The position numbers and the translations under genes were made by a program. Of a stretch of DNA of 64,000 nucleotides, positions 9,736 to 19,791 are shown piece by piece (position 1 is the stretch's first letter; every line of letters starts with the position of its first letter). Below the pieces are notes generated by a model, which saw nothing but the letters and a program-made list of their open reading frames with translations, made no database searches and was not told the DNA's origin. Source of the stretch: Parcubacteria group bacterium (GTDB lineage: Bacteria; Patescibacteriota; Minisyncoccia; Moranbacterales; UBA2206); contig JBAYLE010000002.1 in assembly GCA_041664225.1 (NCBI GenBank), forward strand, positions 3,541 to 67,540, in the 5' to 3' direction.

Positions 9736-9867
9736 ACCCTGTTAAATAATCCGCCACAGCGGATTAAGATTTGAGAGAAAACAGGTGAATTTGCAGGGTT
9801 AATACTAACTATTAAAAAATAGGTTTGTTTCTACAAAAAAATAGAATCAAATCTTATTTAACAGGGT
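9736..9867. repeat. MITE-like inverted-repeat element (132 bp) upstream of the GT2 gene
   Basis: Perfect 14-bp terminal IR ACCCTGTTAAATAA/TTATTTAACAGGGT, inner IR TAAGATTTGA/TCAAATCTTA, nested hairpin TAATCCGC-CACA-GCGGATTA. Confidence 0.7.
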
Positions 9868-9869
9868 AA

Positions 9870-10805
9870 ATGGAAAATAAGCCTTATCTTTCAATTGTGG
9901 TGCCAATTTATAACGAAGAGGGGAATGTCCGGGAATTGCACCGCCAAATCAAAGAAGCCTGCCAAAAAATCGGTAAGCCCTTCGAGATTGTTTTTGTGGA
10001 TGACGGCTCAAAAGACGCAACCGTCAAAAATTGCGAGGGTTTGAGCCCGCTTAAACTTATCAAATTCCGCAAAAATTTCGGACAGACAGCCGCTTTTGAC
10101 GCCGGCTTTAAAAACGCTACTGGCGAATTGATTGTCACTATGGACGGTGATCTGCAAAACGATCCGGCAGACATCCCTCTGCTTTTGGCCGAAATGCAGA
10201 AAGGTTTTGACATTGTCGCCGGTTGGCGCTGGAAAAGAAAAGACTCTTTCAACAAAAAATTCTTTTCCCGCACCGCTAATCTTTTGCGCAAATTTTTTAT
10301 CGCGGATACGATTCATGATTCCGGTTGCAGTTTGAAGGTTTTTAAAAGCGAATGTTTCGTCGATGTCGATCTTTTCGGCGAGATGCATCGCTTCATCCCA
10401 GCCATTTTGGAGTTACAGGGCTACAAAGTCGGCGAAGTAAAGGTCAGCCATCACCCCAGGATCCATGGCAAGACCAAATATAATTGGAAAAGATCCATTA
10501 AGGGCTTGGTGGACATGATTTCTATCTGGTTCTGGCGAAAATACGCCAACCGCCCGCTTCATCTTTTTGGGGGAACCGGTATTATCTTTTCATTATTAGG
10601 CGTAATCATTTTAGTCTGGATGATCATTGAAAAAATATTGGGCGCTTCCATCGCGGAAAAAATTTGGCCGTTGATCGGGGTGTTTTTGGTCCTGGTCGGC
10701 ATCCAGCTTTTTGTTTTTGGACTGCTCGCGGACATTATGATCAAAAATTATTACAAAAACAGGCATTCGATGAACTATTCAATCAAAGAAATTACAGAAT
10801 CGTAA
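9870..10805 (+). CDS. GT2 polyprenol-phosphate glycosyltransferase (ArnC/GtrB/DPM-like)
   Basis: SIVVPIYNEE, VDDGSKD, NFGQTAA, MDGDLQNDP, HDSGC, GEMHRFIP, two C-terminal TMs. Confidence 0.9.
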   Translation: MENKPYLSIVVPIYNEEGNVRELHRQIKEACQKIGKPFEIVFVDDGSKDATVKNCEGLSPLKLIKFRKNFGQTAAFDAGFKNATGELIVTMDGDLQNDPADIPLLLAEMQKGFDIVAGWRWKRKDSFNKKFFSRTANLLRKFFIADTIHDSGCSLKVFKSECFVDVDLFGEMHRFIPAILELQGYKVGEVKVSHHPRIHGKTKYNWKRSIKGLVDMISIWFWRKYANRPLHLFGGTGIIFSLLGVIILVWMIIEKILGASIAEKIWPLIGVFLVLVGIQLFVFGLLADIMIKNYYKNRHSMNYSIKEITES

Positions 10806-10817
10806 TAATAGGAGTTT

Positions 10818-10931
10818 ATCCCGCATCCAATTCCAACAAAGTTTAGATGTTATGATTAACTTTGCTTGTGAAGTCGCCTGCGGCTAAGTTGTATCTAAAA
10901 ATTTAATTATAACAGCGAATTGGTGCGGGAT
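10818..10931. repeat. MITE-like inverted-repeat element (~114 bp)
   Basis: ATCCCGCATCCAATTC ... GAATTGGTGCGGGAT (one-nt bulge); inner TTTAGAT/ATCTAAA. Confidence 0.6.
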
Positions 10932-10975
10932 GCTCATTTTTATTTCCACTCGCACAGCTCGCGGATAAAAATGGC

Positions 10976-12343
10976 ATGAAAATAGGAGTTATTGGGATTG
11001 GGTTTGTTGGCTTGCCTCTGGCAGCCGCTTTTGCCGATATGGGCAATACGATTTATTGTCTCGACACCGACGCAAAAAAAATAGAGGGGCTGAAAAACGG
11101 TATTATGCCTATCAACGAGCCTGGCCTGGAACCCTTGGTGAAAAAGGGCATGGAACATAAGTTGCTTCATTTCACAACTGATTATGACGAAACACTAGCG
11201 AATAGCGAGATTATTTTTATCGCTGTCGGCACGCCTCCGGGAGATGACGGCAGCGCGGATTTGAGCTACGTTAAGGCCGTCGCCAAAGAGATCGGCAGTC
11301 GCATGACAAAACCGCTGATTATCGCGGACAAATCAACGGTGCCGGTGGGAACCGCTGAAGTAGTCAAGGGAATTATCCAGGAAGAACTCACCAAACGAAA
11401 TCTCAATCTGGAATTTCATGTTGTCAGCAATCCGGAATTTATGGCCGAAGGCCGAGCTATGAAAGATATGCTGGAGCCCAGTCGAATCGTTGTCGGCACC
11501 GACAATGAAGAAGTGGCGGAAAAACTGCATAAATTATATAAACCCTTTATGATGCGCGAAGACCGGTTCCATAGCATGGGCGTACGCGACGCGGAACTGA
11601 CCAAATATACCGGCAATACCAATCTGGCGATGAAAATTTCTTTTATCAATACGATTGCCGGAATTTGCGACTTGATCGGCTCGGATGTGGAAAAAGTCGC
11701 CGAAGGAATCGGCAGTGACCCGCGCATCGGCACGAGCTTCTTGCATCCCAGTTGCGGATACGGCGGCAGTTGTTTTCCAAAAGATGTGAAGGCGCTGGTA
11801 GCTTTCGCCAAGAAAGTCGGTTTGCCTGCGCCCTATGTTCAACTTCTGAACGCTATCGAAGAGGTCAATAATTTTCAAAAAACCATTATTCCGAGAAAAA
11901 TTATCGCCAAATTTGGCAACGACTTATCTGGTATGAAATTTGCTCTCTGGGGTTTGGCTTTCAAAGCCAACACGAACGACATGCGCGAATCAGCCAGCAT
12001 CAAGATCGTCAACGAACTCACCAAAAGGGGTGCAACTGTTTTGGCTTATGATCCTTTGGCCGTTTCTGAATCACGAGAAGTTTATCTTAAAGACAATGAC
12101 AAAATAATTTATGAGGAACACGATAAATACAAAATTTTGGAAGGCTGCGGCGCGCTAATCATCGGCACTGAGACCAAAGAATACCGCGCGATTGATATTG
12201 AAAGAGCCAAATCAATACTTAAAAATCCGATTATCTTTGATGGCCGAAATCTTTTTGATATTGAAATGTTAAAAAGCGCCGGTTTTGAATATTACGGCAT
12301 CGGCAGGGGAGACAAGATCGAATATCAGAAAATTGAACTTTAA
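10976..12343 (+). CDS. ugd: UDP-glucose 6-dehydrogenase
   Basis: GIGFVGL, IAVGTP, KSTVPVGT, SNPEF, GYGGSCFPKD, GLAFKANTNDMRES, DGRN. Confidence 0.92.
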   Translation: MKIGVIGIGFVGLPLAAAFADMGNTIYCLDTDAKKIEGLKNGIMPINEPGLEPLVKKGMEHKLLHFTTDYDETLANSEIIFIAVGTPPGDDGSADLSYVKAVAKEIGSRMTKPLIIADKSTVPVGTAEVVKGIIQEELTKRNLNLEFHVVSNPEFMAEGRAMKDMLEPSRIVVGTDNEEVAEKLHKLYKPFMMREDRFHSMGVRDAELTKYTGNTNLAMKISFINTIAGICDLIGSDVEKVAEGIGSDPRIGTSFLHPSCGYGGSCFPKDVKALVAFAKKVGLPAPYVQLLNAIEEVNNFQKTIIPRKIIAKFGNDLSGMKFALWGLAFKANTNDMRESASIKIVNELTKRGATVLAYDPLAVSESREVYLKDNDKIIYEEHDKYKILEGCGALIIGTETKEYRAIDIERAKSILKNPIIFDGRNLFDIEMLKSAGFEYYGIGRGDKIEYQKIEL

Positions 12344-12355
12344 AAATGGCTGAAG

Positions 12356-12380
12356 AGAGCGGTTTTATCCGCTCTTTTTT
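12356..12380 (+). terminator. Intrinsic terminator
   Basis: AGAGCGG-TTTTAT-CCGCTCT then T run. Confidence 0.7.
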
Positions 12381-12416
12381 CTTTTCATCCAGACAAAATT
12401 TTGCTATAATCAATCT

Positions 12417-13589
12417 ATGAAAGTCTTATTTCTCAATTATGAATACCCGCCAATCGGCTCGGGCGCGGCAAACGCGACTTTTTGTATTTTACACGAGTAT
12501 GCCCAAATACCCGAATTAGAAGTTGACTTAATCACATCTTCAGCTTCAGGAGAATACGTTCAGGAGGAACTTGGCAAAAACATCAAAATCCATCGTCTGC
12601 CAGTGGGCAAAAACGCGGATAATTTGCATTTGCAGACCAGAAAAAATTTGATTCTTTACTCGATAAAGTCATATTTTTTCGCCCGAAAATTGATCAAAAA
12701 AGCTAAGCAAAGCGGACAAGCGTATGAATTGACCCATTCTTTTTTCACAGTACCTTGTGGCTTCGTTTCTATGCTTTTAAAATTTGAATTTGGACTTCCG
12801 TATATTGTATCCCTCCGCGGTTCAGATGTGCCGGGCTACAGTGACCGCTTTGTTTTTATTTATAAATTTATCACGCCGATAATAAAACTTGTCTGGAAAA
12901 AATCTTCTTTTGTTATTGCAAACAGCCAGGGATTGAAAGATTTGGCACTAGAATCAAGAACAAAAAAGGAAATTGGTATAATTTTCAATGGCGTGGAAAT
13001 AGATCGATTTAAACCGGATGAAAATTTGAGAAATAAAGAAAAGTTTATTATCACCGTTGGCGCGTCACGCATCACTCATCGGAAGGGCTTCAACTATCTG
13101 ATTGAAGCGATTGCGATGTTATCGCCAAAATATCCAAATATCTATGCAAAAATAATGGGCGAGGGAAATGCCAAAGAAGAACTGGAGCAACTAGTGAAAA
13201 AACTTAAACTCGATGAAAAAATAGAATTTTTGGGCCGCATACCGCGTGAAAATCTCGCTCCATTTTACCAGGAAGCTGATCTTTTTGTTTTGCCCTCTCT
13301 CAACGAAGGCATGAGCAACGCCATGCTGGAAGCGTTATCTTCTGGCCTACCTTTGCTTTCGACAAACACCGGCGGCGCGGATGAATTGCTGAAAGATGGC
13401 TCTAATGGATTTATTATAAAAATGAAAGATGCCTCAGATATCGCCGAAAAAATTGAAAAAATAATCGCCAACAAAAATTTACAGGATTCCATGGGAAAAG
13501 CCAGCAGAGAATTAGCGGAAACTATGAGCTGGCAAAAAGTAGCGCAGCAATATTTCGATTTATATAAACAAACAATCAATCATGCATAA
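12417..13589 (+). CDS. GT4 glycosyltransferase
   Basis: NYEYPPIGSG, RKG, PSLNEGMSNAMLEA (EX7E). Confidence 0.9.
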   Translation: MKVLFLNYEYPPIGSGAANATFCILHEYAQIPELEVDLITSSASGEYVQEELGKNIKIHRLPVGKNADNLHLQTRKNLILYSIKSYFFARKLIKKAKQSGQAYELTHSFFTVPCGFVSMLLKFEFGLPYIVSLRGSDVPGYSDRFVFIYKFITPIIKLVWKKSSFVIANSQGLKDLALESRTKKEIGIIFNGVEIDRFKPDENLRNKEKFIITVGASRITHRKGFNYLIEAIAMLSPKYPNIYAKIMGEGNAKEELEQLVKKLKLDEKIEFLGRIPRENLAPFYQEADLFVLPSLNEGMSNAMLEALSSGLPLLSTNTGGADELLKDGSNGFIIKMKDASDIAEKIEKIIANKNLQDSMGKASRELAETMSWQKVAQQYFDLYKQTINHA

Positions 13590-14508
13590 GTATTTGAAAT
13601 TTTTTCTGAAACTGGCCGTCAGCCTCGGCTTTGTTGCTTGGATAATTCTCAAGACCGACTGGGCCCAAGTTTTGCAATATCTGAGTGAAATTGATCTCTG
13701 GAAGCTGGTAGTGTATGTTCTGCTTATTGTTTTTGGAATTGCTATTTCGGCTCATAAATGGAGACTGCTGGCTAATTTCAAAAATATCTCCAGACATAGT
13801 TTTCGGGATTTTTACCAATTTTATCTTACGGGCACTTTTATTAATAATTTTATGCCCTCATTCATCGGCGGTGACACATTTCGTGCTTATCAAATCGGCC
13901 ACGCTGAAAAAAAATATATAGAGTCTGCTTCATCAGTCGTCGCTGACCGTATCACTGGCTTTGTCGCCATGACAATTTTGGCTTTGCTTTTCGGCCTTCT
14001 AAACCTTCAGCAAACACTCGACAATAAATTGCTTTTGCTTATTTATTCGATTCTGCTGCTTTCTTTTCTTTTGGATATCCTAATCGCCAAAACCAGAGAC
14101 TGGCGGTTGTGGAAAAAATTTCTAGCGCTTCTTCCACAAAAAATTGCGCGCTTCATAACAGAACTGCAGGACTATAGCCGGGACTCCGGAATTCTCACCA
14201 AAACTATTTTTTGGGGCATGATTTTTCAATTTGTCGGCGTGGCACTGGCTAATCTAGTGCTTTTTTGGGCGCTGGATATTCAAATTAGTCTTTTAAATTA
14301 TTTTTCCGTTATCTTTTTAATCAGTCTCATTTCTTCCATCCCGATCAGTATTAATAATATCGGCCTTAAGGAGTGGGCTTATGTCACTTTTTTTGGGATT
14401 TATGGGCTTGAAAGCTCAGCTTTGGTGACAATCGCCATCTTGAGCCGATTTATTCAGATGGTTATCAGTTTTTTGGCACTACCAGCCTATCTGAAAACAA
14501 AAAAATGA
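13582..14508 (+). CDS. UPF0104/LPG-synthase-TM flippase-like membrane protein
   Basis: FINNFMPSFIGGD.FRAY, VADR, PISINNIGLKE motifs. Confidence 0.85.
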   Translation: MHKYLKFFLKLAVSLGFVAWIILKTDWAQVLQYLSEIDLWKLVVYVLLIVFGIAISAHKWRLLANFKNISRHSFRDFYQFYLTGTFINNFMPSFIGGDTFRAYQIGHAEKKYIESASSVVADRITGFVAMTILALLFGLLNLQQTLDNKLLLLIYSILLLSFLLDILIAKTRDWRLWKKFLALLPQKIARFITELQDYSRDSGILTKTIFWGMIFQFVGVALANLVLFWALDIQISLLNYFSVIFLISLISSIPISINNIGLKEWAYVTFFGIYGLESSALVTIAILSRFIQMVISFLALPAYLKTKK

Positions 14509-16142
14509 ATTTATTTGGAATAATCCGTGAAAAAAAGAAAGTTTTTGTTCTGCTCCTGGCAATCATCGCGCTGGGAATTTTTTTGCGGACCTATCACTAC
14601 AGCGACTTGCTACGTTTCGGCAAAGATCAGGCGCGTGACGCATCCATCGTTCACAACATTATTGAAAAAAAAGAGCCCTTGCCGCTTCTGGGGCCAAAAG
14701 CTGGCGGCACTGATTTTCAAATGGGTCCCGTTTTTTATTATTTCCAGTACGCGTCCGCTTCAATTTTTGGCGCCACACCGGACAAAATGGCTTATCCAGA
14801 TTTGTTATTTTCCATCCTGACAATACCTCTATTGTTTCTGTTTTTGCGGAAATATCTAAACACTAATATCTCGCTTGCACTCACGGCCTTGTTTGCCGTC
14901 TCTTTTTTCGCCGTACAAAACGGACGCTTTGCCTGGAACCCAAATTCCTTGCCGTTTTTTTCCCTGCTTTTCTTGTATGCTTTTTTGCAGCTAGCTGAAA
15001 CCGCGAAAAACAAAAAATTATGGTGGTCTCTTATTTTGGGTTTTGCTCTGGGTATCGGCGCGCAACTGCATACGCTCTTTATTTTGATCGCCTCAGTTAT
15101 TTTTATTCTTTTTTGCGCCTACCTGATCCGCAAAAAAAATTTGAAAATAAAATGGGCTGTTTTAGTGATCGCCGTTGCGCTTTTGTTCAATATTCCTCAA
15201 ATTATTTCTGAAATCCAAACAAAAGGCTCCAATACAAAAGCTTTTTTCCAGGGCATCACTCAAAAAACAACCTTCAAGCATCCTTTTCCAAAAAACATCA
15301 TGTATGACGGCGCCTGGCATCTCCAGGCTAACACCTTATTTGTCGCTCCGATAGGCGACGATACTAGTCTGCATATTACAAGTCTAGCGGATTCTTTTAA
15401 GGACAACGAGAAGGGAATTGCGGGAATAACAAAATATTTGCCGGATTTACTGCGAATTGTTTTTGGTATCGCTTTAACTTTGGGCGGATATTTTTTACTT
15501 GGATTCTATCTAAAAAAAGAAAAGGATGTCTCAAAAAAAATGTTTTTGCAATTATTATCCTTGTATATCGCAGCTGCTTTTTTTGTTATGATCCCGCTTT
15601 CTTTTGTGCTTGAGCTCCGCTATTTTTTAATCGTTCAGTTTGTTCCGTTTTTGCTGCTGGGGCTACTGATAAAATTTTTCCGCGAAAAATACGGTCAAAC
15701 GGGGCTGCGTCTTTCATTAATAGTGATCTTGTTATTATGCGGATTGAATATTTATAAAGTCGCCAGCGAATTCAATTCTTTTTTAAACAGAGACGGCGAC
15801 GTCGGCATTGCCATCTGGAGCGAAGAAAAATTTGCTGGAGAATTTATCCTGGCGCATACGCAACCCGAGCAAGATGTGCACATGGTTTTTGAACCAGCCG
15901 AAGCGGATAAGTTCATCCGACCACTAGCCTATTTTGATGAAAATATTGACGCGCCTCTGGAACACAATGACGATACACCATTAGAAGACAGCAATGTCGC
16001 TTATTTTTCCCTTATTTTGGATGGACGGAAGGGGAAGGATACATTTAAACGCAACCTAAAAAAATCAGATTTATATATTATTTCGGATTCTGCCACCTAT
16101 GGACGATTGGCTATATACAAACTTGAATTGAAAGAAAAGTAA
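14505..16142 (+). CDS. GT-C glycosyltransferase (ArnT/PMT family)
   Basis: FLRTY..FGKDQARD, LLGP..GPVFYY, RFAWNPN, QLH; multiple TMs. Confidence 0.8.
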   Translation: MNLFGIIREKKKVFVLLLAIIALGIFLRTYHYSDLLRFGKDQARDASIVHNIIEKKEPLPLLGPKAGGTDFQMGPVFYYFQYASASIFGATPDKMAYPDLLFSILTIPLLFLFLRKYLNTNISLALTALFAVSFFAVQNGRFAWNPNSLPFFSLLFLYAFLQLAETAKNKKLWWSLILGFALGIGAQLHTLFILIASVIFILFCAYLIRKKNLKIKWAVLVIAVALLFNIPQIISEIQTKGSNTKAFFQGITQKTTFKHPFPKNIMYDGAWHLQANTLFVAPIGDDTSLHITSLADSFKDNEKGIAGITKYLPDLLRIVFGIALTLGGYFLLGFYLKKEKDVSKKMFLQLLSLYIAAAFFVMIPLSFVLELRYFLIVQFVPFLLLGLLIKFFREKYGQTGLRLSLIVILLLCGLNIYKVASEFNSFLNRDGDVGIAIWSEEKFAGEFILAHTQPEQDVHMVFEPAEADKFIRPLAYFDENIDAPLEHNDDTPLEDSNVAYFSLILDGRKGKDTFKRNLKKSDLYIISDSATYGRLAIYKLELKEK

Positions 16143-16150
16143 AAAATACT

Positions 16151-17560
16151 TTAGTAATTGATATTTTGGCTGTTACTGACAGAAAAGATTGGCGGTTTTT
16201 TTACGCCTTCAATTTCCATTTGGTCAAAATTGACATCCTGGGAATATTTGACCGAAATTCCTTTCTCGGCTGTGGCTGTGAGATTGGAAATATTTACGTT
16301 TGATATTAAGCTCGATTCTAGCCCCTCCAACTCTACAGCATACTTTGTTTTCCCGACCGAAATGCCGTCAAAATAAAAATTCTTAAATACCGGAGCTTTC
16401 CCGCCCTCTGAGTTCAGGGTAGAGGCTGGATAAGTTAGATCAAGCTTTAGGGCGGTATTTGTCACATCGCCCATCGTGATATTTTTTGCCCAAACATTTT
16501 CCACAAAACCTCCCCGATTTTTGACTGATTTGGCGCGTATGCCCTGATCAACGCCGTTGAGCCTTAAATTTTCCAAAAGAACATTACGTACCCCGCCCGA
16601 CATCTCACTGCCGATTGCGATAGCGCTGTGTCCGCCTTCAATAGCACAATTACGAATAACGATATTTTCCGATGGTCGATTAACTCGCCAGCCATCTTCA
16701 TTTAGGCCAGATTTGATGGAAATGGTATCATCACTGGACAATAGGCGGGAATTTTCAACCAAAATATTCTTGGAAGAATCAATCACTACGCCGTCGGAAT
16801 TGAAACCCAGCGTATCCACATCAAGATTACGCAAGACCACGTTTTCCGAATATATCAGATGGATCGTCCAGCGCGGGCTATTAGTTATGGAATATCCTTC
16901 CAGCCGGACATTTTTGCAGTTTACAAATTGGACAAATGATGGACGCAAAGCGTCTTCGGAAGTTCCAAAAATCCTTTTTTCAACCGGCAGATTATCTTTT
17001 ACCATTTTGTTCAACTTTTCCAACGCCGGTTTTTCTCCTTTTTTCCAAGTCTGCCAAAGTTGCCCCTGACCATTTAATTTGCCCCGTCCGGTAATAGCGA
17101 CATTTTCTGCGCCATTCGCGTAGATAAATGGGGAGTAATTGTACAATTCGATGCCTTCAATCCGCGTAAAGACTGCCGGCAAATAATCTTTGGGATTAGC
17201 GCTGAAAATTATCTCTGCGTCCTTGTCTAAATCCAAATCGATATTGCTCGCGAGATGGATTGCGCCAGTCAGCCATTTGCCGGCGGGAATAACAACCTTA
17301 CCGCCGCCCTTTTGAACGCAATCCTGGATGGATTTTTTGATTGCTTCAGTATTGGAAGTTATGCCATCGGAAATAGCTCCGTAGTCAGAGATATTGCAAA
17401 CATTAGGAGGAAAATCGAAATTTTGCATCTCACTCAAAACAAAAGGGATTGCTTTGCCAGCCAGCTGATTTTTTTTAGATTTGTGTAAAAGAAAAATGGC
17501 CGCCGAAATAAAGATCAGCAACAACAAAACTGCAACTAAATACTTGGCTATTTTCCCCAT
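16151..17560 (-). CDS. Glycoside hydrolase family 28 (polygalacturonase-like), N-terminally membrane-anchored
   Basis: DYGAISDG, VIPAGKWLTGAIHL, NSPRWTIH, NSDG, SDD.ISIKSG, GHSAIAIGSEMSGG, IRAKS..RGG. Confidence 0.9.
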   Translation of the reverse strand: MGKIAKYLVAVLLLLIFISAAIFLLHKSKKNQLAGKAIPFVLSEMQNFDFPPNVCNISDYGAISDGITSNTEAIKKSIQDCVQKGGGKVVIPAGKWLTGAIHLASNIDLDLDKDAEIIFSANPKDYLPAVFTRIEGIELYNYSPFIYANGAENVAITGRGKLNGQGQLWQTWKKGEKPALEKLNKMVKDNLPVEKRIFGTSEDALRPSFVQFVNCKNVRLEGYSITNSPRWTIHLIYSENVVLRNLDVDTLGFNSDGVVIDSSKNILVENSRLLSSDDTISIKSGLNEDGWRVNRPSENIVIRNCAIEGGHSAIAIGSEMSGGVRNVLLENLRLNGVDQGIRAKSVKNRGGFVENVWAKNITMGDVTNTALKLDLTYPASTLNSEGGKAPVFKNFYFDGISVGKTKYAVELEGLESSLISNVNISNLTATAEKGISVKYSQDVNFDQMEIEGVKKPPIFSVSNSQNINY

Positions 17561-17613
17561 ATTTTAACTTATTATAGCTTTTTTTAGAGGATCAGAGAAG
17601 CGCCTATCTTTTA

Positions 17614-17642
17614 TTGCAAAAAGAGCTAAATTCGAGTATAAT
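17614..17642 (+). promoter_or_regulatory. Sigma70 promoter for the GT-C array (divergent from GH28)
   Basis: TTGCAA-17nt-TATAAT; implies the real start is ATG 17683. Confidence 0.6.
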
Positions 17643-17682
17643 AAAAGGCATTGGAATCCAAAAAATCACACTAATTATCGCC

Positions 17683-19791
17683 ATGATTTTACTAAAAAAT
17701 TGCCGCTTTCTTAATAATTTTTACCAAAAAATTGCCAAACGCAAAAATCTGTTGGTTGAATCTCTGCTTTGTTTTGCGCTTTTGATTTACTTTATTTTTG
17801 GATTTCACCATCTATCCAATTTTATTTCGGCCGATGAGCATTTTTGGCTGCCAAATTCTGGGACCGAGCGCATTGAGGATTATTGGACCGCCATCAAAAA
17901 AGGTGATTGGAAAGACACTCGCATCAACGACAAGCCCGGCATCACTCTGGCGTACACCTCGGGCATAGCCATGCTATTTGATGATGCTAAAGGCCAAATC
18001 ATAGACAGCGACGGAAACTTCAAGCGATATGATCCGGCTCGGACAAAAACGATAAATTTTTTGTATCGGTTACCAATTCTTCTCATCAGCGGCTTCTTCT
18101 CTTTTTTCTTTTTTTGGATCATCCGACGCATAACCGGGAACGAGTGGATCGCCTTATTTTCCGCCACCGGCATCCTGCTTTCACCTATTCTTTTAGGAAT
18201 TTCCCAGATCGTCAATCCTGATTCTCTCTTTTGGATTTTCGGATCAGCCTCGTTTTTTTCTTTTTATGCATTTTTGCAGACGCAAGAAAAAAAGTTTATT
18301 CTTCTTGCTTCTGTTTTTTTTGGTTTGGCAATGGCCAGTAAATATGTCAGCATAATTTTTATTCCCTTCTTTCTTTTCGCTATCTTCGCCTATTATTTTT
18401 TCGAATTTGAAAAATGGCAAAGCACTCCGCAAGAACTTAAAAAAATCGCCATCCGCATTGGCTTGGCGTATTTCGCTATCATTTTATCGGGCTTTTTGAT
18501 TTTTGCCCTTATGATGCCAGCTTCCTTCGTAGAACCGAAGATTTTTTATCTCGGAACGATTGGCTTCCCCGGCATGGAAATGATTTTTTGGCTGGCCATG
18601 GCTATAAACGCCCTTGTTCTTCTGGATGCGTGGATATTCAAAAGCCGCGGCCTTCATTTTTCGCTCAAAAAATTACAACCGCTGCAAAAAATCGCGCCGA
18701 AACTACTTTATTTAATCCTGCTTGGAACGTTCTTTTTTGTGCTGGTCAATTGGCTAACGCGCAACAGCTTTATTGATTTGTCCGACATATCTTTTGATAT
18801 GAAGCGCAAAGACGCATTCAGCGAGCTCGCATTTTACAAGCGCTATTTCATGGAATTTGTGCCTTTGGTTTTTTCCCTGACCCCGATCGCTCTTTGCACG
18901 CTTTTGTTTGGATGGATAAAAGCATTCTTTGCCAAAGGAAAAACCAACACTTTCGTTTTTACATTATCCGTGTTTTTTCTGATTTTTTATGCGGCTGTCA
19001 TCGAACAAGGACTCTTGGTCACAGTGCGTTATAGCATCATTCTTTTTCCACTAGCGCTGGTGCTTGGAGCAACCGCGCTAAATGATTTTTTTTCCGCCAA
19101 ATCACAAGAAGAAAATAAGAAAGCCTTTGTGGTTTTTATTTTTGCCTTTATCGGCATTACTGTTCTCTTCGCTTCGTCTACGATCCAGCAGAGTTATTTC
19201 ACCGGTGCCCTGAAAACTGTTTACCTTGACCGCGTTTATCAAAATTGGTATTTCATCCCGCTTTTCCTTTTGCTTGTGGGAGGATTGGCAAGGGCGGCTT
19301 ACGCTTATCTGCCATGGCAAAAAATTTTCCAAATTCCCAAAATTGGGATTTTTATCATATTGATCGCCCTAAATTCACTGAGTATTTTTCTGATATCTCC
19401 ATTTTATTTCAGCTACACTAATGACCTTTTACCAAAAAATTATATTATCAGCGGCGCTTGGGGCTATGGGGGATATGAAGCCGCCGAATATCTGAATGAT
19501 CTGCCGAATGCCCGGAATCTGACAATCTGGACCGATGTTTACGGAGTGTGTGAATTTTTTTCCGGTAAATGCATCCACAAATCCAAGATAAACACCAGCA
19601 AATACACGATTGATTATTATTTTCGGTCTTTGCAGGCGACTATTCCGCTGAATTTTCCGCATCCGATGGAAAAACATTCTATCTGGTCAATCTATATCGA
19701 TGACAGACCAGAAAGTTTTGTGAAATTATACAAAGCTAAACCGTTAAATTCATCGTCAACCGACGATAATAGTGATGGCACTTCTCAATGA
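17683..19791 (+). CDS. GT-C glycosyltransferase (PMT-like), paralog 1 of triplet
   Basis: ADEHFW, TRINDKPGITLAY, GISQIVNPD, SKY, VRYS, AWGYGGYEA. Confidence 0.75.
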   Translation: MILLKNCRFLNNFYQKIAKRKNLLVESLLCFALLIYFIFGFHHLSNFISADEHFWLPNSGTERIEDYWTAIKKGDWKDTRINDKPGITLAYTSGIAMLFDDAKGQIIDSDGNFKRYDPARTKTINFLYRLPILLISGFFSFFFFWIIRRITGNEWIALFSATGILLSPILLGISQIVNPDSLFWIFGSASFFSFYAFLQTQEKKFILLASVFFGLAMASKYVSIIFIPFFLFAIFAYYFFEFEKWQSTPQELKKIAIRIGLAYFAIILSGFLIFALMMPASFVEPKIFYLGTIGFPGMEMIFWLAMAINALVLLDAWIFKSRGLHFSLKKLQPLQKIAPKLLYLILLGTFFFVLVNWLTRNSFIDLSDISFDMKRKDAFSELAFYKRYFMEFVPLVFSLTPIALCTLLFGWIKAFFAKGKTNTFVFTLSVFFLIFYAAVIEQGLLVTVRYSIILFPLALVLGATALNDFFSAKSQEENKKAFVVFIFAFIGITVLFASSTIQQSYFTGALKTVYLDRVYQNWYFIPLFLLLVGGLARAAYAYLPWQKIFQIPKIGIFIILIALNSLSIFLISPFYFSYTNDLLPKNYIISGAWGYGGYEAAEYLNDLPNARNLTIWTDVYGVCEFFSGKCIHKSKINTSKYTIDYYFRSLQATIPLNFPHPMEKHSIWSIYIDDRPESFVKLYKAKPLNSSSTDDNSDGTSQ

